Shown in pieces: positions 25,401-37,597 of a stretch of DNA of 64,000 bases. Source of the stretch: Mustelus asterias (lineage: Eukaryota); NCBI RefSeq assembly GCF_964213995.1, contig NW_027590121.1, positions 1,054,001 through 1,118,000 on the forward strand. The letters are read 5' to 3'. Position numbers and translations under genes: made by a program. The first letter of the stretch is position 1. Every line of letters starts with the position of its first letter. The notes below the pieces were generated by a model. That model had not been told where the DNA came from and ran no database searches. It saw only the letters and a program-made list of their open reading frames with translations.

Positions 25401-27291
25401 TTGCACCGTGTGATACAAAAGCATTGTCAATAGGAATACGGGGCACAGCTCACAGCAGAAGGGCACGAAGTGAATCAACATCTTCAATATTCCGCTAATG
25501 TAAGATGCAACAGATAAAGTTCCAGACACTCGGTTTCTCTGCAGTTTGATGGGCTGGAATCAGTTTCTGCTCGTCCGGTGTAAGGATGTGGGTTGTTGAT
25601 CCGCTGCTGCTTCTCTTTCGGGTCACGTGTGAACAGGCCAATTGTCTATAAACCAGGACGCTACTTTACTGCAGTAACTGTAAATTATAAAAGTGGTTAA
25701 GGATTAACTGTTCACCAATGAAGGCATTGATTTCAAACTGAGTTTTGCCCTCATTTTAAAGTTATATATGATAAATGCATAATCAATGATATGTTGGAAA
25801 TATTTTACTTGATTTACTTTTGCAAATTTAATTGATTCTCCTTGGTTTCAACAGTGCCATTTCCTCAAATCTCCGAGTCCCTCCCCATTTCATTTCTATT
25901 TGTGTAACTTGGACAGCAGCTGTTCAAGTCAGCAGCTCAGCGCCACATTCTCAAGAGCAAATAGGGATCCCCTTTTTCCCACAATCAATAACAATATCCC
26001 CACTTTAAGTCTCTAACGGACCAATATTACTCCTGATCACCTTCTTTCCCTTTATGTAACTAATATTTCCTTATTGATCTCGATCTGCTTTGCAAGTTTC
26101 ATTTCATAATCCATTTTACTAGCTCTTCTATGTTGCTTCATAGACCTTTGCAGGTCTTTGGGCTTTTCGGAGGTGGTTGAATTATCGCTCTTGCTTTGTT
26201 AGTGCGGGAGCGCATATTTGTGACATTAACTGGAAATTTCGATGTGCAATTTTGTACCGAATCCGCTGTATCTCGGCAGCAATTTGGGGCTTAAGGCACA
26301 GAAATAGCGGTAGCGGATATGAGAGCTTTTTATATCATTAATTCTTTAATGTCTGCTGCTTTACTAAGTATAGAAGCGTATTGCTGTGTAAAGCCGGGGT
26401 TCTGCTTTGCTGTCCCTCCCCAGAGCTGAAAGACAGACTGTAGAAATGCCCATGTTCTACTTGTACCGAACACATAAGGACTTGGTTTGTTTACAGGATG
26501 GAATTTGTGGTAAAATGATCCCCTCTTCAACCATCATTTTCGGCACCGACTCCTCTATTGAACTGGGTAATGAATATTCATCACTACATCAGCACTTGTT
26601 AAATAAAAATGTTTGGGATACGGCAGCCGGGTTAGGCCGGGGCACTAAGGAGAGTTCATTTTACTGGGAAACATCTACTTAATCCGAAGTGATATAATAA
26701 TTAGTGGTCTGCGATACTTCCACAGTCTGTTCCCTATATCTTCGCAATATGTGAAATTCTCTGTCAGGGTAGAAATATAAATCCCCTCTCCATTGGACTG
26801 CGGATCCAAACAATGACAAACATAAAAAATTGGCAGCAATCTCTCCAATAAAACAGGACAGGTGAGAAGGGTCAGTGTGAGAACAGCACAGGACAGTCTG
26901 GGCAGTGTTTTCACAGGTAGGATTTAACTACAAGGAACTGAACTCAGTAACAAAGCAACATTGAAAAATTACATAACGTTGCCTCTCTGTAGCAAGTGTC
27001 GTTAATCTTCATTCCATTCTGCCGACCAATAGTTTCGTACCAACTTTGTTAGAGTCAGTAAATTATTCAATCCTAAACGAAATCTTCATCAGGCGCCTCA
27101 CAAAAATCTTGCGTTGATTTTCCCGCTTATATATCTTTGAGATCCAGCTGCCTACACTCAGAAATCTTATTCTCTGATGAGCGGGATATGGCATTAATGT
27201 TTGCGTTCCCCTATATAAACACGTAGCCCTGGTTAAGAAACATCAGAGTGGTGAGGGGCAACTCCCAGAGCTCCATCCGTGTGATATGCTG

Positions 27292-27306
27292 CAGGAAGTG
27301 ACATCA
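27292..27306 (+). promoter_or_regulatory. ETS site fused to a CRE-like TCR V-promoter decamer (AGTGACATCA)
   Basis: CAGGAAGTGACATCA about 100 bp upstream of the leader ATG at 27403. Confidence 0.6.
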
Positions 27307-27402
27307 GAAATGTGGCTGCTCTGAGTCTGTGTTGTCCTGCAGCAGATGACATTTGCTCTTTTACAGTTATCTGTTCTGCACCTTTCTGGGACAGCAGCAG
27401 CA

Positions 27403-28410
27403 ATGCAGATCCACGTTCTCGTTGTGCTCTGGGCAGCTTTCTGTGTCGGTGAGAAATTTAAAACTTTTAAATGAAGATTAATTTCAGAGAATTAGATTTT
27501 AAAAGTAAATAGTCTATTTATCACTTGTATCGAAACTTGGTCAGACCACATGAGGAGTGTTAGGAAATAATGCCAGGGCACAGGAGAAAATGAGGAAAAA
27601 TCTGTAAGAAGGTGATACCGCAATTGGCATGAGCTAACTATCAGCAATAATTGTGCTGGCTGAGATTATTTGATCTCGCAAAGCGAGGTTGGAGGGACAG
27701 CCTGACAGAGGTCTTCAAATGTGATTGAAAGGTGGTTAATAGGTTAGTGCTGCAGAGTTCTTTTCACTTCTGGATCATTGATTATGATAAATGCAACGGT
27801 TCAAAGAGATGCAAAAGGGCATTGTGGACAGGCCTCCATACCCAGCGTGTGTTTATATTCTGTACATCACTACCACAAGGGAAGCTAAATAAAGAGATGA
27901 TGCAGAAAGAAATGGATGGAAATTCTGAGAGATTGAGACGAAGTGAGGCGAATTACGCTCTCTAGGATTTAAAACAGACAGATCAATTTTGTAGAAAGTT
28001 TATTTTTCTAAGGTCTGTACTCCAACTTTTTGTATGTGATATTAACCACTAATTGTCACATTTCAGTTCAGTTGATTATTTGCACTTTTTTAACTGTGTG
28101 TTCCAGATCAGAGCGATGGAGATTCTGTTACTCAGCGGGAATCCTCACTCACACCGCCAGAGGGAAAATATGTCACTTTAAGCTGCATCTTTACCGACGA
28201 TGCTGATTATTTATTCTGGTACCGTCAGTACCCAGGCAGACAGCCCGAGTTTGCCGTCCGCCGGGACCCGAGCGACAGTTATGAATTCAAGGCCGATTTC
28301 GCTCGGACACGGTTTTCGGATAGAGTCCAGCAGTCAGACAAGTTGTACCGATTGACAATCTCGGAGCTGCGGCTGTCTGACACCGCGGTCTATTACTGTG
28401 CACAGAGTCT
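27403..28410 (+). CDS. Intact TCR alpha/delta-type V segment (leader 27403-27448, V exon 28107-28410); not in the ORF track
   Basis: MQIHVLVVLWAAFCV|DQSDGDSVTQRESSLTPPEGKYVTLSCIFTDDADYLFWYRQYPGRQPEFAVRRDPSDSYEFKADFARTRFSDRVQQSDKLYRLTISELRLSDTAVYYCAQS, with no stops. Confidence 0.95.
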
Positions 28411-28449
28411 CACAGTGATGAGAACGAGTGAAATTCTCGTACAAAAACT
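28411..28449 (+). other. 23-RSS
   Basis: CACAGTG + 23 nt + ACAAAAACT. Confidence 0.97.
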
Positions 28450-29414
28450 GCCGCAGGTTTCTGGGTCACAGCTGCTGTCTGCTGAGGACTGTTTACAACA
28501 GCCAGTCACACACTGACACTGGAAAATATTCCTGTGCACAAAGACCCAGAGAACAATCAGCAGAAACAGCATCAGAAACGGTACAAACCGAACATTCTTT
28601 CTGCCTGATTATTGCATTCACGTCGTGGCTGCAAAACTGGCTGCCCACCATTGACAACACAAACTCCAGTTGGTTCCCTGAAACTAGCTCTGTCGATGCA
28701 GTGAAATAGGGGAAACGGAAAGTAAGATAACACTGTTTAAAATATCAGTCTGCAATGGAGACAGGCTTACGCCAGGTCAAAATGTTGATAATTAAATGAA
28801 ACGTGTTAATTGTCCCTCACTGTTACAGAGATGTGGAAATTTTAACCGAACGGACCGCTACAATATCAGTAGGTTCTGAGCGTTGCTGCCACCTTGTGGG
28901 AGAGTTCACAATTTCTACCTGTAATGTTCAGTTCCATTCAGAGCATGATTGTTCAGGAATTATTTTTACAAGAAATTCAAAAGCTTACACCAAAATATCT
29001 TGTCAGTAAATATTGCGTTGTTCGGTGTAAATGCTGTACTGAACTTTACTCTATGCTCTATATTTCCTATTGTAACCTTAAACCATGTTTCCTGTATTCA
29101 TTTATGAGACAATCTCCTTGTTTCGATTACAGCAGGATGGTTAACAACTGTCCAGACCGTATTTCTTCTCACAGGGCACAAACTAGTGTCTCAACTAATA
29201 CTACACTGATCCCACATATCTGTTCATATTTCACTGGATCCAGTGCCTGTTTACATGATACTGGCGCTGTCTCCTTCCTTCAACTTTATTTGCCGTGTAA
29301 TCCATTAGAGACGTTGTCGGTTGTTACTGGTCTTAGACCGTGCTCATGTTTATATCGCAAATTTTACAAACTTGTCTAAATTCTCTAAGACATTTTGAAT
29401 TAGATTTGAATTCA

Positions 29415-30200
29415 GATTATGACCTGAATGGCTGTAAATTGGGACAGGGGAGTGTGCAGCGGGACCTGGGTGTCCTTGTGCACCAGTCACTGAAGGTAAG
29501 TATGCAGGTGCATCAGGCAGAAAAGAAGGCAATTGGTATGTTGGCCTTCATTGCGAGAGGTTTCGAGTACAGGAGCGGGGATATGTTGTTGCAACTATAC
29601 AGGGCCTTGGTGAGGCCACGGTTAGAGTATTGTGTGCAGTTTTGGTCTCCCTTTCTGAGGAAGGATGTTCTTGCTCTCGAGGGAGTGCAACAAAAGTTTA
29701 CCAGGCTGATTCCGGGGATGGTGGGACTGATGTAAGAGGAGAGATTGACGACGTCAGGATTGTTTTCACTGGAGTTCAGACGAAAGCAGGGGGGCGGGGG
29801 GTGGTTCTCAAAGAGACTTATAAAATTCTAACAGGTCTAAACAGGGTAGATGCAGAGAGGATTTTCCCGATGGTGTGGAAATCCAAAACCAGAGGTCACA
29901 GTCCGAGGATTCAGGGTAGACCATTTAAGACGGAGATGAGGAGAGATTTCTTCACCCAAAGAGTGGTGAGCCTGTGGAATTCATTACCACAGGAAGTAGC
30001 TGATGCCAAAACATTGAATGCATTCAAGAGGCGGCTGGATAAAGCACTTGGGGCGAATGGGATCAAAGGTTATGGGGAGAAAGCAGGACTGGGCGATTGA
30101 GTTGGATGATCAGCCATGATCGTGATGAATGGCGGAGCAGGCTCGAAGGGCCCAATGGCCTCCTCCTGCTCCTATCTTCTACGTTTCTAGGTTTCTATGA
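29415..30200 (+). mobile_element. CR1 LINE 3' fragment
   Basis: QRDLGVLV, LVRPRLEYCVQFWSP and FFTQRVVSLWNSLP motifs; CR1 tail. Confidence 0.9.
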
Positions 30201-30379
30201 ATTGTGCCCAAAATATATTTGATATAAATGGAATAAATGGAACCTTCCCCAAATCTGTTACTCTCGGCTTGTAACTTATTGACATTTATTTGAAACCAAC
30301 ACATTCTGCTGATACGTTTAGAAAGAACAGAATTCCCTCCATTTTGCCCTATCCCAATCACCCTGTCACATTGCGGCAG

Positions 30380-30834
30380 TGTTTTTCCACCTAGCTCCCT
30401 CTGGTTCTTGTCACTCTGTCTCTCAGTCCGCAGTAATACACCGCGCTGTCAGACAACCGCAGCTCAGGGATGGTGAAAATCCCCTCACTTTTTGAACTGT
30501 CGAGGAATGCAGAAAATCGAGGCCCCACACCCTCTGGTCTGAAAATATCGTAAGAAGTCTCACAACACCAGGTTAAAGTCCAACAGGTTTATTTGGGAGC
30601 AGACACCATAAGCTTTCGGAGCGTGCTGCTCCTTCGTCAGATGGAGTGGAAAATATCCCCAGCAGAAGGAATATAGATCAAGAATCTGGGAGCTTTGTCC
30701 CGATCCTGACGGTACAGGTGTAATAATTAGAAAGCAGCAGTGGTGGAATAGCTGAAATTGATTATCACAGAGTCGCCTTCGAACTGTGTCGCTGTAACCC
30801 GGCTCCTGTGAGACCGAGTCTGCAGCATGAACAC
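30380..30834 (-). pseudogene. TCR V pseudogene disrupted by a Penelope pLTR insertion
   Basis: GVHAADSVSQEP...FTIPELRLSDSAVYYCGLR with a frameshift and a stop; heptamer CAGAGTG + 23 + GGAAAAACA. Confidence 0.88.
30550..30648 (-). mobile_element. 99-bp Penelope pLTR insertion with 9-bp TSD and intact hammerhead core
   Basis: GAAAATATC at 30541-30549 and 30649-30657. Minus strand reads ccat-CTGACGA-aGGAGCagcacGCTCC-GAAA-gc-TT-atgg. Confidence 0.85.
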
Positions 30835-30954
30835 CTGCAGAAATGAAGAAATAGAGAACATTTTGTTGCCATTTTATTGCAGCCAAGATTATCAAGTTAA
30901 CAGAATATATTGCAAATGCAGGAAACACATGGTTAAAAGTAAAAATACTCTGTG

Positions 30955-31288
30955 AGCGGCATGGTAGCACAGTGGTTAGCACTGCTGCTTCACAGCTCCA
31001 GGGTCCCGGGTTCGATTCCCGGCTCGGGTCACTGTCTGTGTGGAGTTTGCATATTCTCCTCATGTCTGCGTGGGTTTCCTCCGGGTGCTCTGGTTTCCTC
31101 CCACAGTCCAAAGATGTGCGGGTTAGGTTGATTGGCCAGGTTAAAAAAAATTGCCCCTTAGAGTCCTGGGATGCGTGGATTAGTGGGTAAAATATGTGGG
31201 GGTAGGGCCTGGGTGGGATTGTGGTCGGTGCAGACTCGATGGGCCGAATGGCCTCCTTCTGCACTGTAGGGTTTCTATGATTCTTTCT
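30955..31288 (+). mobile_element. Full-length HE1/V-SINE-type SINE
   Basis: tRNA-like head with A box (gtagcacagtgg) and B box (gttcgattcc), central V-domain (tgggtttcctccgggtgctctggtttcctcccacagtccaaagatgtgc) and CR1-derived tail. Confidence 0.9.
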
Positions 31289-31576
31289 ATGAGTAACGTT
31301 AACAAGTTGAAAACTGAGTAACTTGGGAGTTAACAAGTTAGGAGGCCAGTAGCTGTGAGGAATGAATAAAGGGTATCACCCAAAATGCTCACAGAGCTGA
31401 TGCTGGATCTGAACTCAGTGAGTTAAAGCTCAATAGTTTTAGGTAAGAGTTGAGAAGATGAGCAGTGACATTCGGCCTGGCAACCTGATTGGTCTATTCC
31501 TGACAGAGCGACAAGTGACAACCAATCGGTTCATTGCTCCATTGTCCCACATTTCATCCAATCAACTCGCAGTTTG

Positions 31577-31584
31577 TGACGTCA
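31577..31584. promoter_or_regulatory. Perfect CRE (TGACGTCA) with nearby CCAAT boxes upstream of the minus-strand V at 30834
   Basis: Motif is seen directly; assignment to a V promoter is inferred. Confidence 0.4.
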
Positions 31585-32091
31585 GTGAGCTGGGTAGATG
31601 AAAGACCAGCAGTGGCCACTTTGCCTTGCAAAAATGCTCCTACTATCTACCTGTCTATCTCCCACCATCTTCATGCACTACCCGAAGTCCCATTTTACTC
31701 TTAAAATCCACAAATGTATCATCATCAGTTCGAAATAAACCCAAAGACTGCACAATCACTGCTCTGTGGTGTAGAGAATGATAAGAGTTGCTTTAAACTC
31801 AATATGGCTTCATTAACAGGGTCAATATTTAAGTTGGAGGTGATGGGTAATTGTTAAAATGGTTCTATTATCATGGCCGGAGTTTCTCATTAAGAGAGCT
31901 GCTCGCTGAAAATGAAAAATAAAATACTTACCGCTGATAGAAACAGGACTTTGATGTATAACGACACATTGTGCAGCACAGAACGTAAAAATTCTGGCAA
32001 ATTGGTCTTTATATGATTTGGGTCATACTATAAAACCCTAATCCAGTTGACAGATCTGATTCAGTGAGAGGAGGCGAGAGTGCCCTTGCTG

Positions 32092-32561
32092 TTTTTTTGT
32101 GCGGGCTGACTCTGTAACAGTGCGGGGCTCAGCGCACAGTAATACACAGCAGAGTCAGACACACGGACCCCGGTGATATTTAACGGAACTGTTTTCTTGT
32201 CTTGGTCCAAATCAGCAGAATACCGGTCCGGGAAATCGGGAGACTTATCCCCCTGCCGCTTCCCGTAACTCTTCAGTAAATATCTCGGAGCTTCACCAGG
32301 ATTCTGGATGTACCAGAAGAGAGTTGGCATTACTTTTTTTGTAGTGTAGTTGCAGTTCAATATTCCCTCCTGTCCTTCCTGAACCGTGAATTCAGGCGCT
32401 GCTGGGAAGCTGAATCTTGGCCATTGGTTCCTGTAACAACATATAGAATGTGTGAGAAATCTGTGAGTGAATATAACCCGTGAAACACACACTGAGGATT
32501 TGAGCTCAGACTAACCGGGCAATGTGACCATTATTATCAGTAAAGCACACAGGGAACACAT
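32092..32561 (-). pseudogene. TCR V pseudogene (leader 32516-32561, V exon 32125-32430)
   Basis: MCSLCALLIIMVTLP|GTNGQDSASQ, then a frameshift into APEFTVQEGQEGILNCNY...WYIQ...DSAVYYCALSP. RSS is defective: CGCACTG + 17 + ACAAAAAAA. Confidence 0.9.
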
Positions 32562-33466
32562 GGTTCCTGATTGGCAGTAAACAGCGACACTGCTTAACAT
32601 TTGTCGCTGTTTCCAGTCTTATATCACAGAGCGAACTCAGATCAGAGACAGCTTCAATTATAGGAAAGGGGGGGGGGCGTTTCTTAGTGCTACGATTGGC
32701 TAGTCTCCCTGAGGATCACCTTTGGACCTGGTAGCTTTGGACCAATCACTCTTAGTTGAGGAGGAAGTACAGCTGGCGATCTCCAATCAAATTGTAGCCC
32801 CGGCTGCGTGTGTCTTTCTCACTCTCACCTTCTCTGTCACAATATCAGTCATTCTTTCTCCGTTTAACTCGCTTGCCTTCGAACTCAATGTCAATGTATT
32901 TTTTTAGGTAGATCTTTCCCCCTAATTAAGGTGAAAATTGAAGCAGATAATTTGAAATCCCTCTGATGCACAGTTTTTGAGTGCCGCCCAGTGCATGAGG
33001 ATAATTAATAGATACCGTTTTAAGAACACTGGGGAAAAGTAATCACCCAGCTCCACATTGAGATGAGCTTCCACTGGGAAGGCATGGATTTCAGTCAGTC
33101 AATATTTTTAACCCAGCAACTTCAACATGTGGCAACTCTGAGTCTGCCTTTGATATTTGATCACTTCTGAAATGTGTGATCTGTCAGACAGTCAACTGAT
33201 TAGGAACATTCAAAATACAGCTTGATGACGTTTTTCACTTGGGAGATTTGCAGATTTGTGTGAATGTGATATGGGAACGATTGGACTTGATCTGGTAGTA
33301 ATATGAGTAAAAATGTCAAACTTCCCAACAGTGACAATCATTGACCTCAGTGAGCGAAAACCCTCAGACGGGACTGTATTGTCACCTTCTCTATGGTTGC
33401 ATGCTCTCTGAATTTTCAACCCCATGTGTTGCCCTGACAATGAATCATTGATTTTCGACCTGTGCC

Positions 33467-33642
33467 AGTTTTTGTATGAGGCCCGCGGGATCCTCATTCA
33501 CTGTGGGCCTCAGTGCACAGTAATACACGGCGCTGTCTGTCATCTTCTATCCTTTCACTGACAAGTGAAAAGTGCTTTATTTCAGGTTGTGATTCCCGCT
33601 GAGGTGTTCAAAGCCGGGAGCCGTATCGGTAAACCCATAACT
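33467..33642 (-). pseudogene. TCR V 3' remnant with a perfect 23-RSS
   Basis: SYGFTDTAPGFEHLSGNHNLK*STFHLSVKG*KMTDSAVYYCALR, then CACAGTG (33499-33505) + 23 + ACAAAAACT. Confidence 0.88.
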
Positions 33643-34780
33643 CCCAAACCAGATCCTTGCGGTACACCACTAATAACTGAACTCCAGGATGAACATTTCC
33701 CATCAACCACCACCCTCTGTCTTCTTACAGCTAGCCAATTTCTGATCCAAACCGCTAAGTCACCCTCAGTCCCATGCGTCCGTATTTTCTGCAATAGCTT
33801 ACCGTGGGGTACCTTATCAAACGCTTTACTGAAATCCATATACACCACATCAACTGCTTTACCCTCATCCACCTCTTTGGTCACCTCCTCAAAGAACTCA
33901 GTAAGGTTTGTGAGGCACGACCTACCCTTCCCAAAATCGTGCTGACTATCCCTAATCAAATTATTAATTTCCAGATGATTATTAATCCTATCTCTTATAA
34001 TCCTTTCCAAAACTTTGCCCACAACAGAAGTAAGGCTCACTGGTCTATAATTACCAGGGTTGTCTCTACTCCCCTTCTTGAACAAGGGGACAACATTTGC
34101 TATCCTCCAGTCTTCTGGCACTATTCCTGGAGACAATGACGACATAAAGATCAAAGCCAACGGCTCTGTAATCTCCTCCCTAGCCTCCCAGAGAATCCTA
34201 GGATAAATCCCATTCGGCCCAGGGGACTTATCTATTTTCACACTTTCCAGAATTGCTAACGCCTCCTCCTTATGAACCTCAACCCCGTCTAGTCAAATAG
34301 CCTGTATCTCAGTATTCTCCTCGACAACATTGTCTTTTTCCTGTGTGAATACTGACGGAAAATATTCATTTAGCGCCCCCCCTATCTCTTCGGAATTCCC
34401 ACTACTGTCCTTGACTGGCCCTAATCTTATCCTAGTCATTCTTTTATTCCTGATATACCCATAGAAAACTTTAGGGTTTTCCTTGATCCTACCTGCCAAA
34501 GACTTATCATGTCCCCTCCTGACTCTTCTTAGCTCTCTCTTTAGGTCCTTCCTGGCTAACTTGTAACTCTCAAGCGCCCTAACTGAGCCTTCACGTCTCA
34601 TCTTTACATAAGTCTCCTTCTTCCTCTTCACAAGAGATTCAACTTTTTTTAGTAAACCACGGTTCCCTCGCTCGACCACTTCCTCCCTGCCTGACAGGTA
34701 CATACTATCAAGGACACGCAGTAGCTGTTCCTTGAACATTTCAATTGTGCCCGTCCCCTGCAGTTTCCTTCCCCATCATA
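33643..34780 (-). mobile_element. Internal CR1 ORF2 fragment lacking a 3' tail, fused to the V remnant
   Basis: ORFs 33582-34241 and 34293-34739 match CR1 ORF2 (KSPGP, NYRPVSLTS, GVPQGS). Confidence 0.92.
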
Positions 34781-36436
34781 TGGTCCAATCCAGCTCCTGT
34801 TCCCTATTCTCTGTTGTTCTTCTGTCCAGTTCATTGTTCTGAGAAAAGAATCAACTGAATGAAGAATTCCAGAAGAAGAGATAAATATCTCATAATGTAA
34901 CTAGTACATAATAAGGAATAGCGTGATTTCGGAGAGCTGCTTGTTCATCTAGAATACTAGACAGCAGCATATCCACAATGCTATTGCTCCCGTAATCGTT
35001 GCAGCAAACATACAAACTTGGTGAGGCAGCTCCATCCGGTGGCAATCTGAGGTAAATGACCATTTCCTGGAAAATCACAGAATTCATAAATTACTGAAGG
35101 CTGTTCGTTTAATATTATTATGTCACATTATTCCTGAAAGTATTATTACTATTGCAATGCAGTGAACATATCCACCAGAGCTAATTCTACCTTAATTTGA
35201 AATCCCGGTGAACAGTGATAGGGCTAGTAGATGAGGGGAGGAATAGTCCCTCTTCGTATGAAAAAATATTTCGGTTACTATTGCTCACAAACTCAAAGTA
35301 TCCAGAAAACAACGGGACCCGCAAATCTTGTCACTCCACTATGACGGTCAAAGTGACAACTCTTTCTGGCAGAGACCCATAAGACCCCGTGTCTTCTGTA
35401 TAAATAATGTTTCTAACAACATTACAGCGGCAACACTGGAGATCAATTTCCATAGTGTGTAAAGTGCTTTCAAATGTCCAGGGTGCTGGACCAGTAGAAA
35501 CTCTTCTTTCTCTTGTCGAGTAATAGTTCGTTCCAGGGGTTAAATTTATTGTCCGGCTGTTTCCACCGGGCCCAGTAATGTTTTTTTTAAATTTCCGTTT
35601 TTTAAATTTCGATCCAGCTTTTCCATGATTGGGTTGATGAGCAGTCACCACTTTCAGGAATTCCAAGTATTAGGTATCCAGTCTGTTCCGAGATTCTTTC
35701 CTCTCCACAGGAGTGCTTCAGGAAAAACAACCTGAATAGATACTTGGGTGACGTTGATGGAAAGTGACCGAAGCACTGAACGGCTGCTTGCTATCTATCT
35801 CTCAGTTCTGATCCTGGTCACCTCGATTAAAGGTTTACACTAATCTACCTTCATGTGTAAATATAAACTATATATTGATTGTTAAAGCGGTGCAATATCC
35901 AAAATTAGCAGTACAAGCGCTAATCTACAAACGCCGCTCCCCAGGTGAGGTTCAGTTGTTAGCTCTATCGTCTCTGGAGCAGATGTTTTCAGAATTCCAC
36001 TCTCTCTACAGAGACTCTCCTTACAGGACCCATTCAGATGCGGCAGTGCAGCCCAAGGGGAATGGTGAATTGTCCGGGGTGCCGAATGAGATGTTAAATG
36101 GACGGCACCGACTCCCCTCTCAGAGGGAGGTGATAGTTCAAAAGGACACGATTGTGAAGAAGAGCAGTTGAATTGCTCGAGTCAATTACTACCCAAAATA
36201 AACGTTCTGAAACAAGCGATCCATTAAAATGTTGCTGTTTGAAGGATCAACCGGGGATCAAATTGGCTGCCGTCTCTTCTCTACTCATTGTAACAGTGAC
36301 GGTGAACACTCTGTGGTACATCAAGGAAGGCGCCATATAGATAGTTCATTCTTATTCACTCAACGACCCAAGTTTACATGCTGAGTGATATTCTAAGAGT
36401 ATTTCGACAGCTTCAGCGCAGCTCTGCGTCTATGTG

Positions 36437-37191
36437 GGTCTCAGTGCACAGGAATACACCCTGGAGTCTGTCAGCTCAGTTTTAGATATCTTCATTGTGC
36501 TCTTCACAAAATCAAACTCCGCAGAGAAACGGTCCCCTCGGAATCTCTCTGTGCTCCCGCTGTATGTATATCTCTGCAGCAGAAACTCCATCGACCCGCC
36601 GGGATGCTGACGGTACCACAATATGTTAGGATAGTCGCTGGTTGTAGCTGTAAAGTTACAGAACAACTGAACATCCTTCCCTGTACTCACTGTGACGGCA
36701 GCCGGTGTCTGTGTAACAGAGTCTCCTCGACAATGTCCTGCAAGTGTCCAGAGGGACATCAAACCAACAATATCAATTAACTACGTTTGGCTTTTTGACC
36801 CGAATTAAAGCCCGGTAAATAAATAGATGCCGCTAAAGTGAAAGATATTTTCCACAGCTCAGGATCTGTCACTGGAAGGCGTTTGGATCGAATATGCAAA
36901 CTTTTCATGAACGCACATTTGGCGCCGTCTATCGAGATCAGTTCCCCAAACGCATTTCCTGCTATTTGAAGGGAAAACTGAAAACTGCCCCCAGTTTTAA
37001 ATTCCAGTGTTTGTCACAGGCTGCGTGGAGACAATGTGGGTAGGATTAATTTACGGTTCTCTGATCAATCCATTGTTAGCTATGTATTAATGTAATGTGT
37101 TAAAGATGTCAAACAAGTTTGTGCAACTTGGGAACTTACCGATTAACAGAGCTGTCGCTGTGAGGACTGAACACAAAGTGACAGGAGGCAT
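36437..37191 (-). CDS. TCR alpha/delta-type V segment with open frame (leader 37140-37191, V exon 36437-36737) and non-canonical RSS
   Basis: MPPVTLCSVLTATALLI|GHCRGDSVTQTPAAVTVSTGKDVQLFC...WYRQ...DSRVYSCALR; RSS CACATAG + 23 + CGAAATACT. Confidence 0.85.
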
Positions 37192-37597
37192 TTTCCAGAC
37201 ACCTCCCGGCACAGTTAACAGCAATGAGCTGAAGCTGAAGTTGTTTCACTCAAGTCTTTAGCTGAGTAACACGCACGACACTGCTGATTGGTTCATTGCC
37301 GGCTGAGTCATCAGTTGACATTCAATCATCTTAAAGCGTCTTCTCTTCAATCAAATATATCAAATTCCTTGGATATTTAATTCCTACCATCGGAATGGGG
37401 CGAAAAGAACAAAGGGTTTCTGTTCAAATCTAAGCTGAGTATTTTCTGAGGAAATACTCCAAGGTCGGTCCTTTCACAGGTTCAATCTGTCAGGGGGAGA
37501 CAGAGAAAGAAAACAGTGAAAGTTGTTCTGGTCCTAAAGCCGGATTCCCCAATTGGGGGAGCTGCTCTCTGACTACATTACATTCCGCTTTCGGTCC

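Noticed and set aside
26530-26570. J-segment-like TIIFGTDSSIEL plus splice donor
   Set aside because: It lacks the FGxG motif and an upstream 12-RSS.
30560-31336. 258-aa ORF
   Set aside because: Chance read-through of an antisense SINE, an intron, a frameshifted V start and a Penelope fragment.
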